The notes under the pieces were generated by a model. That model did not search any database and had not been told where the DNA came from. It saw only the letters and a program-made list of their open reading frames with translations. A program made the translations under genes and the position numbers. DNA of 53,971 nucleotides. Source: Saprolegnia diclina VS20 (lineage: Eukaryota). The stretch spans positions 804,618 to 858,588 of the forward strand of contig NW_008246079.1 in assembly GCF_000281045.1 (NCBI RefSeq). The letters are read 5' to 3'. Below, in pieces: positions 36,917 through 46,365 of the stretch (position 1 is its first letter; every line of letters starts with the position of its first letter).

Positions 36917-38596
36917 ATGCTCGCGATGAAGAAGCTCGTGGCCGCGCTCCCCGCGCGCCAGCTCCGCGCGTCCTCGACCGCCAGCCTCCAGGTACGTCCT
37001 CAGCATGAGGAGGAGGAGGATGGAAGCGAGGACGTGAGGTTGACGGCCGTATGTGCGTAGTGGGCCAAGGACATGAACAAGCCGCTCAAGGAGACGGACC
37101 CAGTCCTCTTTGACATCATCGAGAAGGAGAAGCAGCGCCAGCGCAACTCGGTGAGCTTGATCGCGTCCGAGAACTTCACGTCGCGCTCGGTCTACGACGC
37201 CCTCGGCTCGGTCATGTCCAACAAGTACTCGGAAGGGTACCCGGGCCAGCGCTACTATGGCGGCAACAAGTACATTGACCAGGCCGAGCTTCTCTGCCAA
37301 GAGCGCGCGCTCCAGGCCTTCAACTTGAACCCGGAAGAGTGGGGCGTGAACGTCCAGTCGCTCTCGGGGTCGCCGGCCAACTTCCAAGTCTACACGGCGC
37401 TTCTCCAGCCCCACGATCGCATCATGTCGCTCGACTTGCCCCATGGCGGCCATCTCTCGCATGGTTTCCAGACGGGCACCAAGAAGATCTCGGCGACGTC
37501 CATCTTCTTCGAGAGCATGCCGTACCGCTGCGACGAGTCGACGGGCTTGATCGACTATGACACGCTCGAGAAGAATGCCGAGCTCTTCCGCCCCAAGCTC
37601 ATCGTGGCTGGCACGAGTGCGTATGCGCGCCACATTGACTACGCGCGCATGAAGCAGATCGCCCAACAGGTAGCATTCCATCTCTTTCATATTCCTCTAA
37701 GTATGGTCATCTCATCGCGTTCCTCCTGCAGAACAATGCGATTCTCTTGGCCGATATGGCGCACATCTCGGGCCTCGTCGCCGCGGGCGTCGTGCCGTCG
37801 CCGTTTGAGTACGCCGACGTGGTCACGACGACGACGCACAAGTCGCTCCGTGGTCCCCGCGGCGCCATGATCTTCTACCGCAAGGGCGTCCAGAGCGTCG
37901 ACAAGAAGGGCAAGGGTACGTCCCTCAGACATTATTGCAAGGATGAGGTTCTCATGCAATATATCTGCTGTAGAGATCAAGTACGACTTGGCGTCGCGCA
38001 TCGACTTTACGGTCTTCCCGGGTCTCCAGGGCGGCCCGCACAACCACACGATCTCGGCGCTTGCGACCGCGCTCCTCCAGGCCCAGAGCCCGTCATTCAT
38101 TGCGTACCAGAAGCAGGTGCTCGCCAACTCCAAGGCGCTTGCGGGCCGCCTTATGGAGAAGGGCTACACGCTCGTCTCGAACGGCACGGACAACCACCTC
38201 TGCCTCGTCGACCTCAAGCGCTCCAAGGGCATTGATGGCTCGCGCGTCGAGTTCCTCCTCGAAAACGTCAACATGGTCATCAACAAGAACACGGTGCCGG
38301 GCGACAAGAGCGCGCTCGTGCCCGGCGGCATGCGCCTCGGCGCGCCCGCCCTCACGACGCGTGGCCTCACGGAAGAGGACTTTGTCCAGGTCGCCGACTT
38401 GATTGACGAAGGCGTCAACCTCGCGGTCGCGATCAGCAAGAAGGTCACGGGCAAGAAGGTCCAGGACTTCAAGGACTACATCACGGCCGGCAACGCGGCG
38501 ACGGACATCGAGGCGCTCGAAGCCAAGGTCACGTCGTTCATGCGCAGCTTCCCCACGATCGGCTTCGAGGAGGAAGACATGACGTACCGTGATTAG
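36917..38596 (+). CDS. SHMT: Serine hydroxymethyltransferase, probably mitochondrial, 4 exons
   Basis: Presequence [71 protein letters not shown]-lysine [24 protein letters not shown]. Confidence 0.98.
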
Positions 38597-38993
38597 ATGG
38601 AAGTCGCCTAGATGTACAAACAGAATGACCTCGTCGTGCGTCTCGTACCTCCACCAAGTCTTTTTGCTGCCGCCGACCAAGAATCCGCAAGGATCCAAGC
38701 ACCAACCTAGTCGTAGCCGCAATACGAGGGCCCACAGCATACACGTTTGGCTCGTGGTATCAAGAGGCAGCGACACTGGTGCGGACGACTTGTCTGCCTT
38801 CACGCTGGGCCGATTGTGCCACCGGACGTCCTGTCTACTGTCCCCGGTGCTTCCTGCGGTGTCAACTCCAACCATCTAGGGACTTTTCGGTGGCCATTCC
38901 ACATCCACAACAGTCCCATCAGAGAAACGACAAACGCATTGATCCAGTCGGGTTACCAGATCCGCGACCCAGATCCAGATCGAGGTATCGCGA

Positions 38994-41900
38994 TCACGGC
39001 GGCGCCGCCTTGCACACGAGGCCCGTCTTGAGGTGCACGGCGACCGAAATCTGCTTGAACGTCTCGAGGAGGTCAATGCCCGAGACTGCATTGTGGAACG
39101 TGCCCTGCATGTGCACGGCGAGCTGCTCGAGGCAGACAAAGTTCATTTGCCCAAAGCCAACGAGAAAGCTCAGCAGCTGGTGGCGGCCAAACGTCGTTGC
39201 AATGTGCTGCGCCAAGTAGACGCCGCTGCTGCTCGTGTTGGGGTACCCGTCCGAAAAGAAGAGCACGACCGGCGTGTATCTCGCGTGCTGGTTGCGCGAG
39301 AGCACCTCGATCGCGCAGCGCAAGCCCGTGTCAAAGTCGGTGCCTTGGCCTTGAAACGGAATCTGCACCTGCGCCATCTCGTCCATCGACCGCGCTTCAA
39401 ACTCAATGCGGCCGCGCGAGCTAAACGTCACGACCGACACAATGTCGGCGCAGTTCGGGCCCTTCTTGGCGCGCTGCTCGGCCAAGTAGGCGTGGACGGC
39501 GGCCGTCACATCGAGCCACGGCTGCCCCGACATGGAGCCCGACGCGTCCAGCACAAACACATGATGGTCCAAGCCGCGACCGGCATAGTGCTTGCAGTTG
39601 AACACGTGCCCTTGCACGCGCGTGTGCCCCGGCGCGAGCGCGTCGTTCGCGCTGCTGGGCACATGCCACGCGTCCAGCACGCAGTACGACGGGTCGTCAA
39701 CCTTGTGGTCGGGCGCGTCGCACTGGAACGGGCACAAGCCAAACGCCGCACGCTCGACAGCGCTCGTGACGGGATCTTCCCACCCGAGCAGCTTCCAGTA
39801 CGTCTCATGGAGCACCTCGTCCATGGGCTGCTTGGGGTGCGGCTCAAGCGGCACCGTGCAGTGGCGGCGGCCGTCCGAGGTGGCATACACGCAATTGGCG
39901 GCCGACGTAGCGTCGCACGTGACGTAGTGCACGTGGCCGCGGCCCATCTTGGCGCAAAAGAAGGGGCACATTTCGGCCACCCCGCGCTCGCCGGCCGTGT
40001 ACTGGCGGCCGTCAATGTCGACGCTTGCAGAGTCCGAGACAAAGTACGTCTCCTTCATGTTGCCGTGCGACGTCTTGTGCAAGTCGGCGTGGCCAAACGC
40101 CTTCTCGCAGTAGTACTGGCAGCACGGGCAGCGCACGGTGCACGTGTGCACGGCCGTCGTGCACTGGTGGTCGACACCCGCGTGGTCCAGACGACCGGTC
40201 GGCAGCGCCGCTGCACACTTCTTTCGCCCGCCATTCATCGCCTGGTGCGTGTACTCGAACGTACTGCGGGCGCCGTGAAAGGTCTCGGTCGTCTTCTCCA
40301 GCTGCACCTTGACCTCACACATGCCCTCGACCGCGCACTCGGCCGCGCACAAGTGCGCCTTGCCGCATGCATGCAGCGCGTCGGGCGCATGGAAATGGTC
40401 GTCGGCCGCGCACCCGTTGCCGCAGTCAGCGTAGCTGCACAGCTGCTGGCAGCGGTTCGCGCCGCAGTGGTGCGGGGCGTGGGCCAAAGCAAACGGCTGC
40501 GTGCAGAGGCTGCGGCAGTTGGGCGCGGCGCACGCGTCGCCGCAGCAGTGCAGCGCCACGCTGCACGTGTGGTCGCCGTCGTGGTCGACGGGCAGGTGGC
40601 AGCCGCCGTCGCAGTTGCTGGCGCTGGCCATCGCACACGGCGCCGGGCACGTGTGGTCCAGGACGCTGCAGTTGCAAGCGCCCGCATGGCCGGCCGCCGC
40701 GCCGCACGGAATCGTGTCCGTCAAGCAGTAGGCGCAGTGGCCCTGGCACTTGTGGTTCGTGCCGCAGTCGTGGGCGACGTCGGCCTCGTGCAGAAACGAC
40801 TCAAAACACCCGAGCTTGCAACGCGCGCACGTGTGCTGGCAGCGGCGCAAAAACTGCTTGGTCTTGAGCACGCACGCGTCGAGGCCGTCGCGCTCGTCGC
40901 GGCTCGCAACGCCGAGCGACTCAAACCAGAGGCGGACACGGTACTCGCGGCGCCAGACGACAAAGCCCCAGATCGCATCAAACCGCGCTTCTTGCTGCAC
41001 CGTGCGCGGCTCGTCCACATGGTCCAAAAAGCGCTGCAAATACAGCAGCAGCGTCGCCTTGGCGGTCGCCAAGTTCGTCGCCACGTCGCCTTCGTTCAGG
41101 TCCAAGCCAAAGTCGAGCGTATCGTCAATGGGGGCCACCATCTCGGGCTCCGGCACGACCGCCTCAAACTGCGCCGTCATCGTCACGTCATAGTTGGGGC
41201 CGAGCGACGTGCCGTCGTCGAGGATGCCGTGGCGCAGCGCGTAGCGAATGTGCTGGCGCGACACCACGCTCTTGTGCGCTTGCACATTGTCCTCCATCGA
41301 CGTCCAGTCCAAAAGCGCAATCTTGGCCAGCACCATGCTGAGGCACTCGTGAAAGTCGTGGCCGTTGACATACGCCTTCGTGTCGCGCGCGTGCACCAAG
41401 AGCGCAGCCGCTTCCGCAAGCGCCTCGTAGTAGCCCTTGTTGCCGAGCGGCGGGCAGCACGTAATCACCACGTCGCCGCCGTACATGGCCGAGACAAAGT
41501 TGTCGGCCGTGTTTTCGCTCAAAATGGCCGCCAGCTTCGACTCAAACTCGGCCACCACCGACGCTTGGTCGTTCGGGTTGACGTCCTTCGCGTTCAAGTA
41601 GAGCTGGCCGCGGAAGAGACGCTCGTCGCCCTTGAGCAGCGCGACGCCCTGCTGAAACTTAGCAAACATGCCGTCAATGTCCTTGTCAAAGCGCATCTCA
41701 ATGCGAAACACCGTGAGCCGCGAGATCGCCGCGTTGAGCACCGAGAGAAACGTGTCTTCTTGCGCCGACCGCTCAAACGACCCGAGGCCCTCAAAGTCGA
41801 GGACGACCACAAGGCAACGGCCAAGACGCCGCAGCGTCAGCCACACGCCGTCCGTGCAGCGGGCGCCCGAAATCGCAAACGAACTGCCCGTGAGGTGGTT

Positions 41901-44792
41901 CAGAAAGTACGACTTGCCCGTCGACTGCTTCCCCATCGAGGTGAGCACGACGACGGGGCCACTCCACGCATGCAACACGTGGCTCGCGGGGCCAAAGCCA
42001 ATCTGCGGCGCCAGCGTATGCGCCTCCGACCCGTCGGTAAACGTAGCCGCCACGCCGTCGCGCAATAGCACCAGCTGGTTGTCATGGGCGCGGCAAATGG
42101 GCACCGGGACAAACCCGACGAGCTCCAGAAGCCATGGCGCAAGCGCCATCGTCGGCCACACGAGCGACTCGCTGCCAAGAACCGCATCCTTGTTGAGCGA
42201 GAGCGGCGACAAGTCCTTGTTGAGCGCCAGCAGTTTGGCCATCACGCTGTCCAGGACGACCGAGAGCACGTTGCGGCGGGCTGGCGTGTCGGCGTGGACG
42301 TGCAGCTGCAGCGCGTGCGGCAAGAGCCCGCCCTCGTCGTCCATCAAGGCGCGGACGGGAAACTTCTCAAACACATGGAAGAGTGCCCAGAGCACGTGCG
42401 CTTCGCCGGCCGTCGCGGGGACCGCTTCCTGCGCGCACTGCAGCTGCCACGCCACCTTGCCCGTGACAACCGTCATTGTCAGCTCGACAACGACCGACGT
42501 GGTCGGGTCCAGCAGCACAATCGTGTCGGCGTAGGCGCGCGCGTGCGTCGCCGGCCAGTTGAGGCGCGTCGGTAGCGTCAGCTCCGTCTCGGGCAGCGGC
42601 GCGTGGTCGTGCGTCATGAGCGTCTGCACCCGCACGACGCCGTCGGCGTCGGGCACGAGGCAGACCACAAAGGCGCCGTCGTGGAGCTTGAGCACCTTGG
42701 TGTCGGGCGTCGCGACAAACTGCGGCACGTGCTTCGAGAGCTGCTGTGTGCGCAAGAAGTACGACTGCGCGCTGCCATCGTCGCCGACGCAAAACACGCC
42801 GTGGTTGTCGCCGCCAAACACAAACAGCTGCGTGTACGGCGGCGGCGGGCGCAGCAGCACCAAGTTGACCTGGTGCACGCGCTCCAGCAGCTTGTACGAC
42901 TCGTTGAACGCAAAGAGCTCGACCTTGCACGTCGAGTGGAGCAGACCGAGCATGCGGTGCGTCACGTCAAAGTCGCAGCACTCGACCAAATGCGGAAACT
43001 GCTTCGTGTGAAGTTGCGTCATGGCTCGGGGCCCGTGCGACTGGTACGCGCGCACGTACGTCTTGGTGTCGATGGTAAAGACGACGAGGACCACCGTGCC
43101 AACCACAGCCACAAACACCACCGACGCCTTGAGCGGCAGCTTGAGCTTGGCGAGGGCAGCACCGCGCAGCGGCGTCAGCTGCAGCATTGTGGCGCCGCCA
43201 GCCACGTACTGCTTCGAAAAGCTCACGCGAAACTTGCTGGCGCTCGTGATCGCAGTCGTCATCGCCGAGGAGCCATTGTGGATGGCAGTCTTCTCGCGAA
43301 TCGCCGAGACAAAGGCTTCGTGCACAATCTCCTCCTTGATCGCACGCAGCTCGGCGGGGTGGTCCTTCTTGGGACCCTCGATGGCAACGACGTGGCCGAC
43401 AATGATGTCGAACACAGCCTTGTCGTGCAAGAAGCTCTTGAAGTCACGGCACCAGTGGTCATGGTGCGACTGGAGCGCGTTGCGGATCTTGGGCAAAATG
43501 AGACGCATGGGGGCCGCGTTGGCAGCACTCAGGAACGGAAACGTGAGGGCCACAAAGGCATCCGCGCCAAACCAACTCTTGATCGTCCCCATCGCAGCTT
43601 GCGCAAACGTCTTCTTGCCCGTCAAGTGCGGATCCGTACGCAGCAGCTGCCAGTACTCAACGTTGATCGCGTTCCCAACGCTCTCAGCAAAGTACAAGTA
43701 CATCGGCAGCTGCATCGCACTCGAGATGTGCTCCTTGAGCAGCGCAAAGTCGGCCACCATCGCCGTGTGGGCCCGGATTTCAGCTGCCTCCGACGGCTCG
43801 TCCGCGATGTAGAAAAGGAAAGCGGCGTTGTAGAGGCATCGGGCTTCCAGCTCGCGCAAATGACCCGCAACATTGGCGGCCACGTCCGCGCGAAACTGGT
43901 CTTGGAGGCTGGCCAGGGTGACGTCTCCGAGCATCGCCTCCGGAAACGCGTCCCACGCCTGCAGCGCGGCCTTCATGAGCGGACGGGGAATCGCGGTGCG
44001 CAGCTCAATCCGGTGCGTCGCCACCATCTCCACGAGCCAAGCTGCAAAGTTGTCGGTCGCCACCGAGTCGTGCTTACTTTGAATGTCGTGGGCCACTGAC
44101 GTACTCAAGGTCACGCCCGTGGCACCCGTCGCTGGCACCAGCGTCTGCCCCGTCGGCAGCAGCGTCATCGTACCGAGCACATCGCAGGCCACCATTTCCT
44201 TCTGCACCGTGGCCTCCTTGATCGAAAAGGCGACCGAGTACTTCTTCCAGCGCGCGCCTTGGCGCGTCTCGCTGGCCGCCAGCTCGAGCGCCGTCCAGTC
44301 GGCCTCCGTGAGGCAGCACAGCACCGTCGGCGTCAGCGTCGTCACAAAGCGCAGGGCATACGTCGCCCGTTCACGCAAGTGGGCTGGCTCAAACGAGCGC
44401 GCAACGAGCCACGTAAAGAGGACGACCTTGGGCCGCGTCTCGGCGAGGCGGATCGCATACACGCCTTCGTGGTCAGGCGCCAAGTACTTTTCCAACTTGG
44501 ACGGCCACCACCCGCGCGCACGGAGCTCGGCTTCGACGGCCGCCTGCTTGCCAAAGCAAGCAACAACATCAATGCCATCGTCACCGGACGCGTTCACAAA
44601 GTGCCCGAGCTGGTCGTCCTGGCGCATGTTCATCGCCACATCAACCACGCCGAGGGCGCGGAGGAGGCGGAGCAGCTCCGACTCGACAAGCGTCGGCTGA
44701 AACACGATGGACCCGTCGTCCGACTCGACCGACATGCGCAAAAGCTGGTAGCAGCTCATGCTCTCGTAGCTCGTTGCGACTCCCAGCGTCAT
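38994..44792 (-). CDS. Giant (~1930 aa) GBP/atlastin/VLIG-like GTPase with Cys/His-rich repeats and C-terminal vWA domain; one continuous ORF
   Basis: G1 GKQSTGKS (~41911-41934), G2 RCTDG, G3 LDFEGLGS, G4-like NAKD; Cys/His repeats ~39590-40850; vWA VFVLDASGSM...GTDF...FFSDG. First in-frame ATG at 44792. Confidence 0.85.
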   Translation of the reverse strand: MTLGVATSYESMSCYQLLRMSVESDDGSIVFQPTLVESELLRLLRALGVVDVAMNMRQDDQLGHFVNASGDDGIDVVACFGKQAAVEAELRARGWWPSKLEKYLAPDHEGVYAIRLAETRPKVVLFTWLVARSFEPAHLRERATYALRFVTTLTPTVLCCLTEADWTALELAASETRQGARWKKYSVAFSIKEATVQKEMVACDVLGTMTLLPTGQTLVPATGATGVTLSTSVAHDIQSKHDSVATDNFAAWLVEMVATHRIELRTAIPRPLMKAALQAWDAFPEAMLGDVTLASLQDQFRADVAANVAGHLRELEARCLYNAAFLFYIADEPSEAAEIRAHTAMVADFALLKEHISSAMQLPMYLYFAESVGNAINVEYWQLLRTDPHLTGKKTFAQAAMGTIKSWFGADAFVALTFPFLSAANAAPMRLILPKIRNALQSHHDHWCRDFKSFLHDKAVFDIIVGHVVAIEGPKKDHPAELRAIKEEIVHEAFVSAIREKTAIHNGSSAMTTAITSASKFRVSFSKQYVAGGATMLQLTPLRGAALAKLKLPLKASVVFVAVVGTVVLVVFTIDTKTYVRAYQSHGPRAMTQLHTKQFPHLVECCDFDVTHRMLGLLHSTCKVELFAFNESYKLLERVHQVNLVLLRPPPPYTQLFVFGGDNHGVFCVGDDGSAQSYFLRTQQLSKHVPQFVATPDTKVLKLHDGAFVVCLVPDADGVVRVQTLMTHDHAPLPETELTLPTRLNWPATHARAYADTIVLLDPTTSVVVELTMTVVTGKVAWQLQCAQEAVPATAGEAHVLWALFHVFEKFPVRALMDDEGGLLPHALQLHVHADTPARRNVLSVVLDSVMAKLLALNKDLSPLSLNKDAVLGSESLVWPTMALAPWLLELVGFVPVPICRAHDNQLVLLRDGVAATFTDGSEAHTLAPQIGFGPASHVLHAWSGPVVVLTSMGKQSTGKSYFLNHLTGSSFAISGARCTDGVWLTLRRLGRCLVVVLDFEGLGSFERSAQEDTFLSVLNAAISRLTVFRIEMRFDKDIDGMFAKFQQGVALLKGDERLFRGQLYLNAKDVNPNDQASVVAEFESKLAAILSENTADNFVSAMYGGDVVITCCPPLGNKGYYEALAEAAALLVHARDTKAYVNGHDFHECLSMVLAKIALLDWTSMEDNVQAHKSVVSRQHIRYALRHGILDDGTSLGPNYDVTMTAQFEAVVPEPEMVAPIDDTLDFGLDLNEGDVATNLATAKATLLLYLQRFLDHVDEPRTVQQEARFDAIWGFVVWRREYRVRLWFESLGVASRDERDGLDACVLKTKQFLRRCQHTCARCKLGCFESFLHEADVAHDCGTNHKCQGHCAYCLTDTIPCGAAAGHAGACNCSVLDHTCPAPCAMASASNCDGGCHLPVDHDGDHTCSVALHCCGDACAAPNCRSLCTQPFALAHAPHHCGANRCQQLCSYADCGNGCAADDHFHAPDALHACGKAHLCAAECAVEGMCEVKVQLEKTTETFHGARSTFEYTHQAMNGGRKKCAAALPTGRLDHAGVDHQCTTAVHTCTVRCPCCQYYCEKAFGHADLHKTSHGNMKETYFVSDSASVDIDGRQYTAGERGVAEMCPFFCAKMGRGHVHYVTCDATSAANCVYATSDGRRHCTVPLEPHPKQPMDEVLHETYWKLLGWEDPVTSAVERAAFGLCPFQCDAPDHKVDDPSYCVLDAWHVPSSANDALAPGHTRVQGHVFNCKHYAGRGLDHHVFVLDASGSMSGQPWLDVTAAVHAYLAEQRAKKGPNCADIVSVVTFSSRGRIEFEARSMDEMAQVQIPFQGQGTDFDTGLRCAIEVLSRNQHARYTPVVLFFSDGYPNTSSSGVYLAQHIATTFGRHQLLSFLVGFGQMNFVCLEQLAVHMQGTFHNAVSGIDLLETFKQISVAVHLKTGLVCKAAPP

Positions 44793-44821
44793 GTGCAAAG
44801 TTGCTCTCTCACAGGGACACG

Positions 44822-44838
44822 GGCAAAGGAAAAGTGAT
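44822..44838 (-). promoter_or_regulatory. INR/FPR-like core promoter of the giant GTPase gene
   Basis: Minus strand reads ATCACTTTTCCTTTGCC ~40 bp upstream of ATG 44792, matching oomycete initiator-like YCAYTYY. Confidence 0.5.
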
Positions 44839-44867
44839 TCACGTACTAGTAGTATGACAAGACATGT

Positions 44868-44971
44868 GCCCGTTGGCGTACGACAGCACGTTAGCCCGTT
44901 GGCGTACGACAGCACGTTAGCCCGTTGGCGTACGACAGCACGTTAGCCCGTTGGCGAACGACAGCACGTTG
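44868..44971. repeat. 26-bp tandem repeat GCCCGTTGGCGTACGACAGCACGTTA x4
   Basis: Exact copies at 44868, 44894, 44920; fourth at 44946 with two substitutions; no spacers. Confidence 0.95.
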
Positions 44972-45014
44972 GTGCGACCACGAAAAGCGGGCCAACGGCT
45001 CGACCGGATACGAG

Positions 45015-46230
45015 CTACGACGAGCCCGTTGGCGTCACCACGCCTCCGGCGTATGTCTGCACGGCGACGCACGTCCGCTGGCGGTCGATGCGTGCGACGA
45101 GGCGCGGCTTCTGCGCCAACCCGCGTCCGTCCCGGCTTGTGTTCATCGCTGCGTAAAACCGTTGCAAGTACGCATCGTACGCGGGCATGAAGCGATCCAC
45201 AAAGTCGGCGACTTGGGCCGACGTCATGCCGGGCTTGCCTTGGGTACGCATGTCGGCCTCGGCTTCCTCGCGCCACCTAGATGTGCTGCATGAGGAGAGG
45301 TGAGGTACTCAAGGCAATGTACGTGTAAACGCAGTGCGCATCGGGCACTTGGATGACGAGCATTGCGGCGAGCTCGGCGTAGATGCGGTCGAAATCTTTG
45401 AGAGCTTCGTTGACCGGCCCCAAGTGGCGGTGGCTCCTACGTCGTCGATGAAGATATACCCGAGCTGCATGGAGCTGCGATACGTACAAGGGGAGGTTGG
45501 AGGCTTCAAAGCCCAAGCACCAGCCTTCGATCACGAGCACGTCGAGAGGACCTATGCAGCAGGCATGTCTCCATGGCAGGTCACATCGAAGCATCGGTGG
45601 GCACCTGTATGGTGCTGCCACGCGTCTTGCGGCGCACGGTCGCCACGGCCTTCAAAGGCCGACTTGTCGTAGCGGGGTACGACGACGTCGGCGCCTTGCT
45701 TGGCTTGCGCGATGATGTCGAGCAAGAGGTCCACATCGTGCGTCCCCGGGTTGCCGCGGAACTGCCCAGGATGCATAAGTCTCCATCCTCGACGGTCCTT
45801 CATCTACCTCGAGGAGGGGGTTGCCAGGGTGCGCTTCGGCGACGCGGCGCTGCCCGTCCCGCGTGTAATAGACATCATCGATCGAGAGCACCGCGCAGTT
45901 CTTTCCTGTGGCCTTGAAGAGCAGCTCCAAGTACGACGTCATGGTCGTCTTGCCCCCGCCCTGGAAGATCCATGAGCATACGCGATGGAAGCGAGCGCGT
46001 ACCTGCACGCAGCTAAGGCCAAGCACGAGGCAGGTCTTGGTCGTCGCGGCCGGCGGGTTGAGGCAGTCGTACTGCGACTCAGCCCACGCGAAGATGGGGA
46101 GGTAGTAGTCATGGACGAGCGCCTGGAAGGGCGACGCCGAGGCCGACGCCCGGAGCGTCTTCAAGCCCGAGGACGCGCGCATGGCCTTCTCGAGGACGGC
46201 CGCGAGCTCCTTGGTCCGCGCTGGCAGCAT
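45015..46230 (-). CDS. GLYK: D-glycerate 3-kinase (plant GLYK / yeast Tda10 type), multi-exon
   Basis: YYLPIF, LGLSCVQ|GGGKTT P-loop, LSIDDVYYT, HPGNPLLE|FRGNPGTHD, VPRYDKSAFEGRGDRA, VIEGWCLGF, FVDRFMPAY. Confidence 0.92.
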
Positions 46231-46365
46231 GGTCGTCAGTGCTCGGCCGAGAGAACAAGTTGATCTTGCGTGTTTTCATCCATCTGTTTTGGATGCGACG
46301 TAGCGAGCGGCTATTTGCACGCCATTTTGCACCCCGGGGCACGCTAGAGGTGAAAGATCGCTAGC

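Noticed and set aside
39033..44099. Long plus-strand ORFs (1011 aa at 39033-42068, 498 aa at 42603-44099)
   Set aside because: Antisense shadows of the GC3-rich GTPase gene; no motifs, Arg/Ala/Val-rich composition.
44793..44915. N-terminal extension of the GTPase ORF into the repeat array
   Set aside because: The ORF-track start is a non-ATG codon inside the repeat; an INR-like motif at ~44831-44837 favours ATG 44792 or a later ATG.
44868..44971. 26-bp repeats as a CRISPR array
   Set aside because: Units are head-to-tail with no unique spacers, no cas genes, eukaryotic context.
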